A stretch of DNA of 64,000 bases from an uncultured delta proteobacterium (GCA_963816395.1 CAWFKQ010000009.1:256001-320000), one strand, 5' to 3'. Positions 20,577 through 32,933 are shown, numbered from the stretch's first letter. Numbers and translations: made by a program. Notes: generated by a model from the letters alone, not told the origin.

Positions 20577-21416
20577 ATGAATACCCTGAAAACGATCATC
20601 CTCATGGTTCTGCTCACCCTGGTGCTGATGTGGGCCGGCGCCGCCCTCGGCGGCCGCGGCGGCGCGCTCATCGCCCTGGTATTGGCCGGGGTCATGAATC
20701 TGGGTTCCTATTGGTTCTCCGACAAGATCGTGGTGCGCATGTATCGCGGCCGGGAGGTCACCGACGGCCCCCTTTACTCGGTGGTGCAGGAGATCTGCCA
20801 GCGCAACGGCCTGCCGATGCCGCGCGTCTACATCCTGCCGCAGGCCGCCCCCAATGCCTTCGCCACCGGGCGCAATCCCCACCACGCAGCGGTGGCCGCC
20901 ACCGAGGGAATCCTGCGCATTCTCTCCCGGGAGGAGCTGATGGGGGTTATGGCGCACGAGATGAGCCATGTCGGCAATCGGGACATCCTCATCGGCTCCA
21001 TCGCCGCCACCCTGGCCGGCGCCATTTCCTACCTGGCGCATATGGCCCAGTGGGCGGCCCTGTTCGGCGGCTTCGGTGGCCGCGACGACGAGGACAGCAA
21101 TCCGATCGCCCTGATCGCCATGATGATTCTCGCTCCCCTGGCCGCCATGCTGGTGCAGATGGCTATCTCGCGCTCCCGGGAGTTCGAAGCGGACCGCAGC
21201 GGCGCCCGGATGATCGGCAATCCCTTTTATCTGGCGAACGCCCTGCGCAAGCTGGAATCGGCCAACCGGCAGATCCCGATGACCCAGGTGAACGAGGCGA
21301 CCGCCCACATGTTCATCGTCAATCCCCTGCGCGGCGGCGGACTGCGCTCTTTGTTCTCCACCCACCCGCCGGTGGAGGAGCGGATTCGTCGCCTGGAGAG
21401 CATGCATTTAGGGTGA
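20577..21416 (+). CDS. htpX: Zinc metalloprotease HtpX
   Basis: [27 protein letters not shown]. Confidence 0.96.
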   Translation: MNTLKTIILMVLLTLVLMWAGAALGGRGGALIALVLAGVMNLGSYWFSDKIVVRMYRGREVTDGPLYSVVQEICQRNGLPMPRVYILPQAAPNAFATGRNPHHAAVAATEGILRILSREELMGVMAHEMSHVGNRDILIGSIAATLAGAISYLAHMAQWAALFGGFGGRDDEDSNPIALIAMMILAPLAAMLVQMAISRSREFEADRSGARMIGNPFYLANALRKLESANRQIPMTQVNEATAHMFIVNPLRGGGLRSLFSTHPPVEERIRRLESMHLG

Positions 21417-21514
21417 AGGCAGGCAGGGAAGAGGCAAGGGGCAAGGACAAGAGAAAGAACAATGATGTACGGGGGCGTGCAAGCGCCCTCTTCTTTTTTT
21501 AGGTGATTGATTTA

Positions 21515-22861
21515 ATGGCCGATCCGCGGAATATGGCGCTGGAGATCCTGCAGCGCGTCGATGCCGGAGCCTATGCCGATCTTGCTCTGGATGCCGCCCT
21601 GAGGGCGGTGCCCGACCTGGACCCGCGGGACCGCGGCCTGGTCACGGAACTGGTTTACGGCGTCCTGCGCCAGCGCGGCCGGCTCGATTTTGCCCTGGCC
21701 CGCTTCTGCCGTCAGTCGCTGGCCAAGGTGGAGCCCGCCGTTCTCTGGCTGCTGCGCCTGGGGGCCTACCAGATCCTGGAGCTGACGCGCATTCCCGACC
21801 ACGCCGCCGTCCATGCTACTGTTGAACTGGCGCGCCGCCAGGGGCTGGAGCGCGCTACGGGCTTCATCAACGGCATTCTGCGCTCCCTGGGGCGGGAGCG
21901 GGAGGTCTTCCCCTGGCCCGATCCGGCCGCGACGCCCCTCGCCGCCCTGGAACACGCCTGCTCCCTGCCGCCTTGGCTGGCCCGGCGCTGGCTGGCCGAA
22001 TTCGGCGCCCGGGAAGCCCTGGCGCTGGCCTCGGCCATGCTGCAGCCCGCTCCTTTCACCTTGCGCACCAACACTCTGCGGCTTTCCCGGGAGGAGTTTC
22101 TGCAACAGCTGGAGGAAAGCGGCCATGCGGCCGTGCCGACTCCCTACGCTCCCGAAGGGGTCATGCTCTCCGTCCGGGGCAAATCCCCCCTGCCGGGCGA
22201 TGCCCAGGGGGGTTACCAGGTGCAGGACGAAGCGAGCATGCTGATCGCTCACCTGCTCGCCCCGCGGCCGGACGAGCGCATCCTCGATGCCTGCGCCGCC
22301 CCCGGCGGCAAGACCACTCACATCGCGGCCCTGACCGGCAACCGGGCGCAGATCGTCGCTCTCGACCTGCACCCGCAGCGGCTCGAACTGGTCATCGAGG
22401 GTGCCCGCCGGCTGGGGGCCGCCGGCATCGAGGCGCGCGCCTGGGATCTCACCTTGCCGCCGACTTTTCTCCCTCCGGCGAGCTTCCACCGGGTGCTGGT
22501 CGATGCCCCCTGCAGCGGCCTGGGCGTGCTGCGGCGCAATCCGGAGATCCGTTGGCGCCGCCTGGAGGCCGATCTGCGGGAAATGGCAGGGCGCCAGATG
22601 ATCATCCTCGGCCAGGTCGCCCCCCTGGTGCGCCCCGGCGGCCTGCTTCTCTATTCGGTATGTACCCTCACCCCGGAGGAGACCGACGGGGTGGTGGACA
22701 CCTTTCTCGCCGCCCACCCGGAGTTCGTCCTCGAGGACGGCCGGGACTGCGCGGCGCCGCAGTGGCGTGAACTCTTCGATGAACGGGGCGCTTTGCGCAC
22801 CTTCCCGCACCGGCACGGCGGCATGGATGCGTTTTTCGCCGCGCGGCTGCGGCGAAAGTGA
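21515..22861 (+). CDS. rsmB: 16S rRNA m5C967 methyltransferase
   Basis: NusB-like N-terminus, [21 protein letters not shown]. Confidence 0.96.
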   Translation: MADPRNMALEILQRVDAGAYADLALDAALRAVPDLDPRDRGLVTELVYGVLRQRGRLDFALARFCRQSLAKVEPAVLWLLRLGAYQILELTRIPDHAAVHATVELARRQGLERATGFINGILRSLGREREVFPWPDPAATPLAALEHACSLPPWLARRWLAEFGAREALALASAMLQPAPFTLRTNTLRLSREEFLQQLEESGHAAVPTPYAPEGVMLSVRGKSPLPGDAQGGYQVQDEASMLIAHLLAPRPDERILDACAAPGGKTTHIAALTGNRAQIVALDLHPQRLELVIEGARRLGAAGIEARAWDLTLPPTFLPPASFHRVLVDAPCSGLGVLRRNPEIRWRRLEADLREMAGRQMIILGQVAPLVRPGGLLLYSVCTLTPEETDGVVDTFLAAHPEFVLEDGRDCAAPQWRELFDERGALRTFPHRHGGMDAFFAARLRRK

Positions 22862-22982
22862 CATGTTGCGCGGGACGCGGGGCGCCGGAAGGCGAGAAAA
22901 CAGTGCCGGTCTGCCAGCAAGATGTGTTAGCTTTTACGCGTCCCGCGTTCCTCGTCCCGCGCCCCTGCTTTCCGGAGTTCCC

Positions 22983-23648
22983 ATGATCAAGATCGCCCCT
23001 TCCATTCTCTCCGCCGATTTCGCCCGCCTGGGCGAGGAGGTGCGCGCCGTCGAGGCGGCCGGCGCCGACTATCTGCACATCGATGTCATGGATGGCCATT
23101 TCGTGCCCAACATCACCATCGGTCCGCCGGTGGTCGCCGCCCTGCGGCAGGTGAGCGGACTTCCCCTCGATGTGCACCTGATGATCGAAAACCCTGACCG
23201 CTATATCCCCGAGTTCGCCGCCGCCGGCGCCGATATCATCACCGTCCATCAGGAGGCCTCGGTGCACCTGCACCGTACCGTCCAGCTTATCCGCAGCCTG
23301 GGGAAGAAAGCCGGCGTCTCTCTCAATCCGGCCACCCCGACCGGCGTACTGGAGGTCATCCTGGAGGAACTCGACCTGGTGCTGGTGATGACCGTCAACC
23401 CCGGCTTCGGCGGCCAGGGATTCATACCCGCCTGCCTGCCGAAGATTGAGGCGCTGCGGCGGGACATTGAGCGGCGGGGCCTGCCGGTGGAACTGGAGGT
23501 GGACGGCGGGGTCAAGGTCGACAATATCCGGCGGATTGCCGCCGCCGGGGCCGGAGTGTTCGTCGCCGGCAGCGCCGTATTCGGCACCCCCGACTACGCT
23601 GCAACCATCGCTGCCCTGCGGCGCCACGCGGTTTCAGTAACCGCCTGA
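22983..23648 (+). CDS. rpe: Ribulose-phosphate 3-epimerase
   Basis: [26 protein letters not shown]. Confidence 0.98.
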   Translation: MIKIAPSILSADFARLGEEVRAVEAAGADYLHIDVMDGHFVPNITIGPPVVAALRQVSGLPLDVHLMIENPDRYIPEFAAAGADIITVHQEASVHLHRTVQLIRSLGKKAGVSLNPATPTGVLEVILEELDLVLVMTVNPGFGGQGFIPACLPKIEALRRDIERRGLPVELEVDGGVKVDNIRRIAAAGAGVFVAGSAVFGTPDYAATIAALRRHAVSVTA

Positions 23649-23738
23649 TAATCATCGGCAGACCTCTGCCGATTCTTGCATCGGTGGGACAAGTCAGTAG
23701 AATGAAATGGAAAATTGACCGCGGAAAGGACGGCCGGA

Positions 23739-24978
23739 ATGAATCCGTTGCACAATCTGGGTCTGCTTGCCAAGATCAATCTGATTATTGCCGTCATTCT
23801 GCTCTCCTTCTTCGCCCTGACCACCTTCATCAACTACAATCAGCAGAAAGAATTCATTCTTGATGAAGCGGTTGAGAAGGCGCGCATCGTCGCCTTCGAG
23901 GCGATCCGCACCCGCAACTACCTCTCCCGCCAGTACCAGCTCGGCGGTGTCAGGCTGTCGGTCGATCGCTACGGTCTCATTCCGGTGGTAGCTTCCAATC
24001 GCATCGGCGAACGGGTGGCGGAGGACCTCGATTACCGCATCCGGCAGATCTCCAACCGTTACCGCAATCCGAAGAACGCGCCCGATCCGTTCGAAGAGAA
24101 AATGCTGCAGAGATTCTATGCCCAGCCCTATCTCAAGGAGACCTATGCCGTCACCAGTCTGAATGGCGAACGGGTTTTCCGCTACCTGCGCGCCTTTGCC
24201 GCCGAGCAGAGCTGTCTGGAATGCCACGGCGATCCGGCCGCCGCTCCCGATTACATCAAGCAGCTGTTCCCGGCGGATACCGACCAGGCCTACCATTACA
24301 AGATCGGGGAAATTATCGGCGCTGCCTCGGTGACCATCCCCATGGATAAGCTCCTCCGGCAGGTCTATGCCAACGTCCGTAACGAAGTACTTTACTCCGC
24401 GCGGCATCTATCTTGCCCTGATCACCTGCCTCGGCCTGCTGGTCAGGATGGCGGTCACCCGCCCCCTGGACCAGCTGGGAGTGGTCATCCGGGAGATCGT
24501 CCGCACCGGCCGCTTCGAGGAGAAAATCCCCCGCCGCGGCCGCGATGAGATCGGTTCGCTGATCCTCGGCTTCAATGAAATGATCGACCATCTGCGGGAG
24601 AAGACCGAACACCTGGAGGAGTCGGAGGCGCGCTTCCGACTGCTGACCGAGACCGCCAGCGACGGCATTGTCTCTTTTCTCGCCAACGGTCAGATCATCC
24701 TCTTCAATTACCGGGCGGAGCGGATTTTCGGCTACAGCAAGCGAGAAGTCCTCGGTATGGGAATCGACCAGCTAATCCACGAGGAATGCGCCTCCGTGCA
24801 CGCCCTCGGCGTTGAAGCCTACCTGCGGCAGGAAGGGAAGGCGCTGCTGCTTCGCACCCGCCGGATTGTCGGTCGCCGGCGCGACGGCTCCCCCGTGCCC
24901 CTTGAGCTCTCCCTCTCGGTGGCCGATTCCGAGGGACATCTCTTCTATACCGCGCTGCTGCGGGAAGCGACCGGCTGA
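23739..24978 (+). CDS. Membrane sensor: c-heme (DUF3365/Tll0287-like)-HAMP-PAS (frameshift ~24398)
   Basis: TM, RNPKNAPDPFE, CLECH heme motif, second TM, DEIGSL..FNEM HAMP, PAS (FN.RAERIFGYS...RRRDGS.VP.ELS). Confidence 0.8.
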
Positions 24979-25323
24979 CGGCCAGTCTCACTCCTTTCCC
25001 GCAGTGGTCTCCCATCGGGAAGTCCAGCCATTTTGGCGCATGGGCGACCGGTTTACTGCAATCAATTCTCCCGGAACAATAAACATTTCTTTCTCGAAAT
25101 CAGGATGGTGGCATTCCCCCGGATATCCTTTATTTTCCCTCCGCTTTGTGGCATAAACGAGCAAATGTGCATCCCCCTGCGGTCACCCGTGGTCTGCAGT
25201 TCCCGGCGGGCGAGGGAAGCGCACTCCGGCTCCGGTCAAAGGCTAGGCGCCGCAGAGGCCGGAGAAGAGTTCGAGATTATGAGTGTTTCCCGTCTGGAGG
25301 CAGGTTTTTCGAAACTATTCCGC

Positions 25324-27178
25324 ATGAATAAATCGACGCTCTTTCTTGAACGGCTCGCCGGCGAGGTCCTCGTCGGCGACGGTGCCATGGGGACTCTTCT
25401 CTACAGCCGGGGCGTTCCCCTCGACGTCAATTTCGAGCACCTCAATCTGGTGCAGCCGGAGACGATCCGCCAGGTGCACCAGGATTACGCCGCGGCCGGC
25501 GCCCAAGTCCTGGAAACGAATACCTTTGGCGCCAACGCCCTGCGCCTGGGGGCGATCGGGCTGGAGAAGAAGGTCCGGGCGATCAACGCCGCCGGCGTTC
25601 GCCTGGCCCGGGACGCGGCTGGCCCGGAGCGCTTCGTGGCCGGCGCCGTCGGGCCGCTGCTGCGCCCGCGCGGCAGCGAGAGGGAGCTGCACGGCGGCGG
25701 AGAAACGCGAGATCTTTCGGGAACAGATGGGGGCACTGGCGGAGTCGGGGGTCGATCTGTTCCTGCTGGAAACCTTCGCTGACCTCAATGACCTGGAGCT
25801 TGCCGTCGCCGTCGCCCGCGAGCTCGGCTTGCCGGCGATCGCCCAAATGGCCTTCCTCCAGGAGGGGCATACCCGGGACGGAATCGATGCCGGGGCCGCC
25901 GCGCGGCGCCTGACCGCCGCCGGCGCCGCCGCCGTCGGCGCCAATTGCGGTTCGGGACCGCGGGAAATGCTCCAGATTCTCGCCCGTCTGGCGGCCAACT
26001 CGCCGTTGCCGCTCTCGGTTTTCGCCAATTCCGGGCTGCCACAGTTCCTCGATGGGCGTTACATCTATCTGGCGACTCCGGAATATCTGGCCGCTCGGGG
26101 GAAGGAGATGGTTCAGGCCGGTGCCAACCTGGTCGGCGGGTGCTGCGGCACCACCCCGGAGCATATCGGCGCTCTCGCCGCAGCCCTGGCGGGATTGCAG
26201 CCAGGCCCTCGACCCCGTCCCCGCGCGGTGGCCGACCTTGCCATCCCCACCGTTGAGGAGGTTCCCCCGCCGGAGAGGTCGTTTCTGGACGCCTGGGGGA
26301 AGCGGCCGGTGGTGACGGTCGAACTCGACCCCCCACGGGGTCTCGACTGCTCCCGGGTGCTCGCCGGCGCCCGGCGTCTGGCCGCGGCCGGGGTCGATGC
26401 GATCAGCCTGGCGGAGAACCCCCTGGCCCGCATCCGCATGGGAAACCTGGCTCTGGCCCGCCAGATTCAGGAGGAGACCGGGGCCGAAGTCATCGCCCAT
26501 ATCACCTGCCGTGACCGTAACCTGATCGGTCTGCATTCCGAGCTGATGGGCGCCCATCTGCTGGGAGTCCGCAATCTGCTGGCGGTCACCGGCGACCCGG
26601 TGGCGGTCGGCGGGGAAGCGGGGGCAACCAGCGTCTTCGATCTCAATTCGGTGGGGCTGCTGGAACTGATCTCGGCCCTGAACGCCGGCCGGAGTCTGCT
26701 GGGGGCGGAGTTGGCGGGGAAGGCCCGGTTTCTCGCCGGGGCCGCCTTCAATCCGAACCTGCCGGCGATCGACGGACAGCTGCGACGCCTGGAGAAGAAG
26801 GTGGCGGCCGGTGCCCGCTTCGTCCAGACGCAGCCGGTTTACGACCCGGAGATTCTCGACCGCCTGCTGGCCCGCACCGCCTCCCTCGGGGTGCCGGTTC
26901 TGGTCGGCATCCTGCCCCTGGTCAGTGAGCGCAACGCCGAATTTCTGCACAACGAGGTGCCCGGGATCACTCTCCCCGATGCGGTGCGGCGGCGGATGCA
27001 TGGGAAGTCCGGAGATGCGGGGGTCCGCGAGGGGATGGCGATCGCCCGGGAACTGATTGAGACTTCGGCGAGCCAGGTCGGCGGCTGGTACCTCATGCCC
27101 CCATTCGGCAAGGTGGAACTGGCGTTGGAGTTGCTGGAGTACATCAGGGAGAGGGGAAGGAGGGAGGTGGGGAGATAG
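25324..27178 (+). CDS. yitJ: Bifunctional homocysteine S-methyltransferase / methylenetetrahydrofolate reductase (frameshift ~25690)
   Basis: GDGAMGT, ETNTFGAN, GANC, GGCCGTTP, ELDPPRG, HITCRDRN, FLHNEVPGI. Confidence 0.92.
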
Positions 27179-27241
27179 AGAAAAGCAGCAGGAGATTTTT
27201 CTATCTCCCTATCTGACTATCCCGCTACCTCACTGCCTCTA
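27162..27241. repeat. Inverted octanucleotide tandem repeat (TAYCTCAC family) at the yitJ/grxC junction
   Basis: GGGAGGTG GGGAGATA facing TATCTCCC TATCTGAC TATCCCGC TACCTCAC. Confidence 0.65.
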
Positions 27242-27493
27242 AAGGCCCAGCCGCTGATCCAGTTCTCCCCGTTCCTCCAGGGCGAAAAGATCGTCGCAGC
27301 CGCCCAGCAGCTCACCGTCGGCGAAGATCTCCGGGACCGTCTGCCGCCCCGAGCGCTGCTGCATCTCCTGCTCCCTGGCCGGATCGGCGGTGACGTCATA
27401 CTCGATAAAATCGGCCCTCTTCAGGTGCAGCAGCTCCTTGGCCCGGCGGCAGTAGGGGCAGTAACTTTTGGTGTAGATCTCGATACGTTTCAT
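27239..27493 (-). CDS. grxC: Glutaredoxin 3
   Basis: YTKSYCPYC, TVPEIF, GGCDDL. Confidence 0.95.
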   Translation of the reverse strand: MKRIEIYTKSYCPYCRRAKELLHLKRADFIEYDVTADPAREQEMQQRSGRQTVPEIFADGELLGGCDDLFALEERGELDQRLGL

Positions 27494-27551
27494 AAAATAA
27501 CTCCGTACCGGTAATTTTATCCCGGCACCCACCGCTTGCAAGGAGATCCTC

Positions 27552-28018
27552 ATGTTCTGGCGGCCTCGAGCCTTTCGGCTTCTTCTTCTTACACTGGTCC
27601 TGCTTGCCGCCTGCGCTCCGCCCAAAATGGCGCCGCAGGCGCAGTTCGAAATTACCCGGCGCGATTTTGCCGAGCGTCTGCGCTGGGGCGATTTTGCCGG
27701 CGCTGCCCGCCATCTGGCACCGCCGCAGCGGGAAGACTTTCAACGCCGTTTTGCCGACTCGCCCGATCTGCATATCACCGACGTGCGCCTCGAGTCGGCG
27801 GAGGCCGGCGATGGAGGAAGGCAAGTGGTGACCTGGAGCACCATCGAGTACTATCTGTTGCCATCGACCACGGTGAAAACTTTCCGCTTCCGCCAAGAAT
27901 GGGAGTACAGCGGCGACGGTCGTTTCAACCGGGCAACTGGCTGGCAGTGGGTCCTTTTCCCGACTTTCCCGGAATCGCTCCGAGTCTGCCGAAAAATGGC
28001 CCGAGCGGGAGAAATTGA
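27552..28018 (+). CDS. Putative lipoprotein (C-terminus uncertain; possible frameshift ~27925)
   Basis: AAGGAG RBS, signal peptide with LAAC lipobox; uncorrected ORF runs to 28079 into the sfrB promoter region. Confidence 0.6.
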
Positions 28019-28107
28019 TTCGCCATTCCGGACCCTTAATTCCCGATCACGAGATTTGCGACGACAAATTTCTCCTTGATTTGACAGCGGCTTTTGTGCT
28101 ATCTAGG

Positions 28108-28122
28108 TGCATACTGTATACA
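28108..28122. promoter_or_regulatory. Near-palindromic operator upstream of sfrB (HgtR-like site)
   Basis: TGCATAC-T-GTATACA just downstream of a TTGATT/TTGACA...TGCTATCT promoter-like sequence. Confidence 0.55.
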
Positions 28123-28220
28123 AATAAGGGAGAGACACTGCCGGTCAGCAGCGGGTCTTTCCCTTTTTTCAGGGTTTTTTCCGCCTTCCGTAACGGAAGG
28201 CTCGCCCGGAGGAGGTCAAT

Positions 28221-30240
28221 TTGACTCAGGTTGTTTTTTCCAGTTGGGGAAGGAATATCGTCGACAACCGCCAGGGCGGTGAGGTCAAGGAAGTCGTTTT
28301 CCGTCTCCCGACCACCCTCGACGGCGAACGTTCCCTGACCGCCTTTATGGGCTGGGATGGCGTCATTATTTTCGACCGGGAGGTCGATGTGGTCGCCATG
28401 GCCGCCGAGTACATGACCCGGGTGCAGGAAAAGTACTGCTGCGCCAAATGTACCCCCGGCAAGAAGGGAACGCGGGTCCTGCAGGATACCTCTGAGCCGC
28501 ATCGTCACCGGGCACGGCGAGGAACGTGACCTGGAGATTATCGAAGAGCTGGCCGATCTCCTGCAGAACTGCAAATGCACCCTGTGCATGACTTCCGCCG
28601 TCCCGGTTTTCGACACCGTCAAATACTTCCGCGAGGATTACCTGGCCTACATTCGCGGCGAGCGTACCCCCCGGCCGGCCAGGGCCTATCTGGAGAAGCT
28701 CACCGCCCCCTGCCAGGACAAGTGCCCGGCGCATATCGATATCCCCGGCTACGTCGAGGGGGTGAAGGATTACCGCTTCGAGGACTCCCTGGCGACCGTC
28801 CGCGCCAGCATGCCGCTGCCCTCGGTCTGCGGCCGGGTCTGCCCGCATCCCTGCGAAACCGCCTGCCGCCGCAAGAACGTGGATGAGCCGATCAGCATCA
28901 TGGTCCTGAAGCGTTCCGCCTCGGAATACGAACGCCAGCACCATCACGCGCCGCCGATGCGGCCGAAGCCCCGCAGAAGCAAGACGGTGGCGGTGGTCGG
29001 CGCCGGCCCGGCCGGTCTGGCGGCAGCCTATTACCTGGCCCTGGAAGGGTATCCGGTGACCATTTACGAGGCCCTGCCGGAAGGGTTCGGCGGCGGCATG
29101 GTTGCCGTCGGCATTCCCCCCTACCGGATGCCGCGCCCCATTCTGCAGCGGGATATCGACATCATCAGCTCCCTGGGGGTTGAGATCATCTATAATGCCC
29201 GCGTCGGCAAAGATATCTCCCTGGCCGAGCTGAAGCAGAAGTTCGACGCCGTCTTCCTCGCCCCCGGCGCCCACCGCTCCAAGCCGATGGGGGTCGAAGG
29301 GGAAGACAAGGGGTACCATGGGTTTCTCAAGGGGGGAATCGATTTCCTCCGCGAAGCCTACATGGGAAGACCGACCGGCATGGGCAAGAAAGTGGTTGTG
29401 GTCGGCGGCGGCAACACCGCCATCGACTGCGTCCGGGTGGCGCTGCGCGAGGGGGCCGAGGAATCGATCCTGCTCTACCGCCGCTCCCGCAAGGAAATGC
29501 CGGCCGATGTCTGGGAGGTGGACGGCGCCGAAGAGGAAGGGGTCAGGTTCGAGTTTCTCGTTCTCCCCACCAAGGTGATCGTCGATAAAAATGCGCGGGT
29601 GACCGGCGTCGAATGCGTCCGTATGGAACTTGGCGAGCCGGACGCTTCCGGCCGTCGCCGGCCGCAGCCGGTACCCGGCAGCGAGTTCATCGTCGAATGC
29701 GATACGGTCATCCCGGCCATCGGCCAGGATCCCGACCTCTCCTTCATCCCCAGGGAGCTGGGAATCGACATCACCAAATGGAACACCATCGTCACCAAAT
29801 ACCTGCCCCTCAAGGATACCGCCGGCAAGGATCTCAAGGACGGTATGGGCAATCCCCTCTCCAGGACTCTGATCACCGATATGGACGGGGTTTTCGCCGG
29901 CGGCGATGCCGAAATCGGCCCGCTGACCGTGGTGGCCTGCGTCGGCAGCGGCCATCGCGCCGCCCGGGTGATCCAGCGCTGGCTGGAGGAAGGGAAAACC
30001 TACCTGAGCGACGATGAGATTCTTGAGGACATCCTCTCGCACCTTGGTGTTTACGACAAAAACGAGAAAGTCCAGGTGCTCGATGCCGCCAGCCGGGAAC
30101 ATCAGGCGGAAATTCATGGCCAGGAGCGCGCCAGCTACAAGAACTACACCGAGGTGGAACTCGGCTTCAAGGACAGTCAGGCGGTGCGGGAGGCGGAAAG
30201 ATGCCTGCGGTGCTACCGCGTGGCGATGATCGCGGTTTGA
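28221..30240 (+). CDS. sfrB: NADPH oxidoreductase beta subunit SfrB (frameshift ~28491)
   Basis: QVVFSSWGR, AFMGWDG, YCCAKCTPGKKGT as in Geobacter SfrB; GltD-like CGRVCPHPCE, GAGPAG, GGGNTAID. Confidence 0.9.
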
Positions 30241-30338
30241 TAATCCATTCCGGGCTGATGGCTGTAGGCCGGGCGAAGGGCCGCAAGGCACCTTTTACCC
30301 TCCGCAACAGTCCGCAGCCGGGATTTAAGGGGTGATAT

Positions 30339-32906
30339 ATGGTCAGTTTGACGATTGACGGCAAGACGGTCAGCGTCCCTGCGGGGACAACGATCCTGGA
30401 GGCGGCCCGCAGGGTGGACATTGCCATTCCGACCCTCTGCTGGCTGGAAAAGATCTCCCCGACCGGCGCCTGCCGGATCTGCGTGGTGGATATCGAAGGG
30501 ATCGATCGGCCACAGACCGCCTGCAACACGCCGGTCAAGCAGGGAATCGTGGTGACCACCCAGTCCGAGCGGCTGATGCGCATCCGCCAGCAGATGGTGC
30601 AGCTGCTGCTGGTCAATCATCCCCTCGATTGCCCGGTATGCGATGCCGGGGGGGAATGCGGGCTGCAGGACGTCTGCTACAACCTGGACGTCGATACCCA
30701 GTCTTTCGAGGCCGAAGACGTCACCCACGAGGTGATCAACGACTGGCCGCTGATTCAGCAGGTGCCCTCCCGCTGCATTCTCTGCGAGAAATGCGTCAAG
30801 GTCTGCCATGAGGTGGTGGGGGCGAGCGCCCTGCTGGTGCGGGAGAACGGCGAGCGGGCCTTTATCGACACGGTCGATGGCAAGCCGCTCAACTGCGAAT
30901 TCTGCGGCAACTGCGTAGCCGAATGCCCGACCGGCACCCTCCTTTCCAAGCCGTTCAAGTTCAAGGCCCGCCCCTGGGAACTGGCCCGGATCCCCTCGGT
31001 CTGTACCTATTGCGGCAGCCAGTGCCAGATCGAATACAACGTCAAGCATGACCAGGTGGTGCGCGTCACCTCCCCGGACGCGGCGACGGTGAACGACGGC
31101 AACCTGTGCATCGGCGGTTTCTTCGGCTACGGTTACATCCATTCTCCCCAGCGGCTCACGGCGCCCCGGCTGCGCAGCGGCGGTACGGTGCGGGAGGCCG
31201 GCTGGGACGAAGCCCTGCAGGCGGTGGCCGCAAAAATCCGCGCCGTGCCGGCGGCGGCGGTGGCCGGCCTGGCTTCCCCGCGCCTGACCAATGAGGAGAA
31301 CTATCTCTTCCAGAAGCTGTTCCGGGTTGCCATCGGCAGCAACAACATCGATTCCGAGGCCCGCTTCGGTGCCCTGCGGTCACTCAAGGTTCTCGACGGC
31401 GCCCTCGGCCTGAAGGGGGCGAGCAACCGCATCGACCGCATTGCGCCGGCCGACGCGGTGCTGGTCTTCGGCTGCGACGCCACCGCCGAGGCGCCGATGA
31501 TCGACTGGGCCATCGAGGAGGCGTGCCGCAAACGCGACGGCAAGCTGGTCGTGGCCAACATGCGGCAGGTCAAGCTGACCCGCTACGCCGAAACCTTCCT
31601 CAACTACCGTCCCGGCAGCGAAGTCGACCTGGCGAATGCCCTTTCCCGGATGATTGTCGATCAGGGGCTGGCGGACGATTCCTTCCTGCAGCGATACGTG
31701 AAAAACCTGGCGGAGCTGAAGGAGCATCTGGCCGGCATCGACCTCGAAGCGGCGGTGCGGGCGACCGGTCTCTCCCGCCAGCTGCTGGAGGAGGCCGCCG
31801 GGCATCTCGGGCGCGCCGGTTCGGTGGCCATTATCTTCGGCGGCGATGTGGCCAAAAGCGCGGCCGCGGAGCAGAAGGTCCAGGCCCTGGCCAACCTGGC
31901 GCTGGTGGCCGGCGCCCTGCACGGGGATATCGGCGGCCTCTTCCCGGTGGACGAGAAGGGCAACATGCAGGGGCTGCTGGACATGGGGGTTTACCCCGAA
32001 GCGCTGCCGGGCCATCAGGGCTACCGGGAAGCCCGCGGCAAGTTCGAGCAGGCCTGGGGAGTGCAGCTTCCGGAGAGTGGCCGGGATGCCCTGGGCATCC
32101 TGGAGGGAATCGAACAGGGTGCGATCAAGGTCCTGTATCTGGCCGCTACCAACCCCCTGGTTTCTTTCCCCGACAGCAACCGCTGGCGGCAGGCGCTGAA
32201 GAAGGTGGAGTTCCTGGTGGTTCAGGACATCCTCGCCTCGGAGCTGACGGAAATCGCCCAGGTGGTTCTGCCCGGGGTCTCACCGGCCGAGAAGAGCGGC
32301 AGCGTCACTTCCCTCGACCATCGGGTGAGCTGTCTCGGCCAGGCCGTTTCGCCGCGCGGCGATTCCCGGGAAGACTGGGATATCCTGGCCGAACTCTACC
32401 GCCGGCTGCTGCCGAGGACCGGGAGTTTCTCCAGCGAGGGACTGCTGGCGGAGATGAAGTCACTCACTCCCCTTTACAGCGAGGTCTGTCTGAAGCCCAG
32501 CGGTCGTTGCCGCCCCTGGCAGAAGGAAGCGTATCAGCCGGTGGAGAAAGGGCTGCACTATGTCCCGGCGGAAAGCCGCGACGGGGACAGCGGCAAGCTC
32601 CAGTTGCTGAGCGGAAAAATCCTCTACCATTTCGGCACCACCTCCACCTACGCCGAGGCGAACCTGGAAGTGGCCCCCGCGGGCTACATTGAAATGCATC
32701 CCGAAGAAGCCAGCGCCCTCGGCGTCCGCGACGGAGGGATCGTGCAGCTCTCCTCGGCCATAGGCAAAACCCGGGGACCCGTGCGCATCAGCGACAAGGT
32801 CCCGCCCGGACTGCTCTTTGCGCCCTATCACTTCCAGGCTCTGAACATCCAGCAGATCATGCCCGCCGGGCAGAATCGGGTGGAGGTTCAGGTCAGCAAG
32901 TTATAG
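30339..32906 (+). CDS. sfrA: NADPH oxidoreductase alpha subunit SfrA (NuoG/molybdopterin oxidoreductase-like)
   Basis: IPTLC..GACRIC, HPLDCPVCD.GGEC, CILCEKC, CEFCGNC, CTYCGSQC; adjacent to sfrB. Confidence 0.9.
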   Translation: MVSLTIDGKTVSVPAGTTILEAARRVDIAIPTLCWLEKISPTGACRICVVDIEGIDRPQTACNTPVKQGIVVTTQSERLMRIRQQMVQLLLVNHPLDCPVCDAGGECGLQDVCYNLDVDTQSFEAEDVTHEVINDWPLIQQVPSRCILCEKCVKVCHEVVGASALLVRENGERAFIDTVDGKPLNCEFCGNCVAECPTGTLLSKPFKFKARPWELARIPSVCTYCGSQCQIEYNVKHDQVVRVTSPDAATVNDGNLCIGGFFGYGYIHSPQRLTAPRLRSGGTVREAGWDEALQAVAAKIRAVPAAAVAGLASPRLTNEENYLFQKLFRVAIGSNNIDSEARFGALRSLKVLDGALGLKGASNRIDRIAPADAVLVFGCDATAEAPMIDWAIEEACRKRDGKLVVANMRQVKLTRYAETFLNYRPGSEVDLANALSRMIVDQGLADDSFLQRYVKNLAELKEHLAGIDLEAAVRATGLSRQLLEEAAGHLGRAGSVAIIFGGDVAKSAAAEQKVQALANLALVAGALHGDIGGLFPVDEKGNMQGLLDMGVYPEALPGHQGYREARGKFEQAWGVQLPESGRDALGILEGIEQGAIKVLYLAATNPLVSFPDSNRWRQALKKVEFLVVQDILASELTEIAQVVLPGVSPAEKSGSVTSLDHRVSCLGQAVSPRGDSREDWDILAELYRRLLPRTGSFSSEGLLAEMKSLTPLYSEVCLKPSGRCRPWQKEAYQPVEKGLHYVPAESRDGDSGKLQLLSGKILYHFGTTSTYAEANLEVAPAGYIEMHPEEASALGVRDGGIVQLSSAIGKTRGPVRISDKVPPGLLFAPYHFQALNIQQIMPAGQNRVEVQVSKL

Positions 32907-32933
32907 CGGCCTTTGCCATTTAATGCAGATCCA

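Noticed and set aside
25149..25163. Sigma-54 promoter TGGCATAAACGAGCA upstream of yitJ
   Set aside because: GG-to-GC spacing is one base short of the strict -24/-12 requirement.
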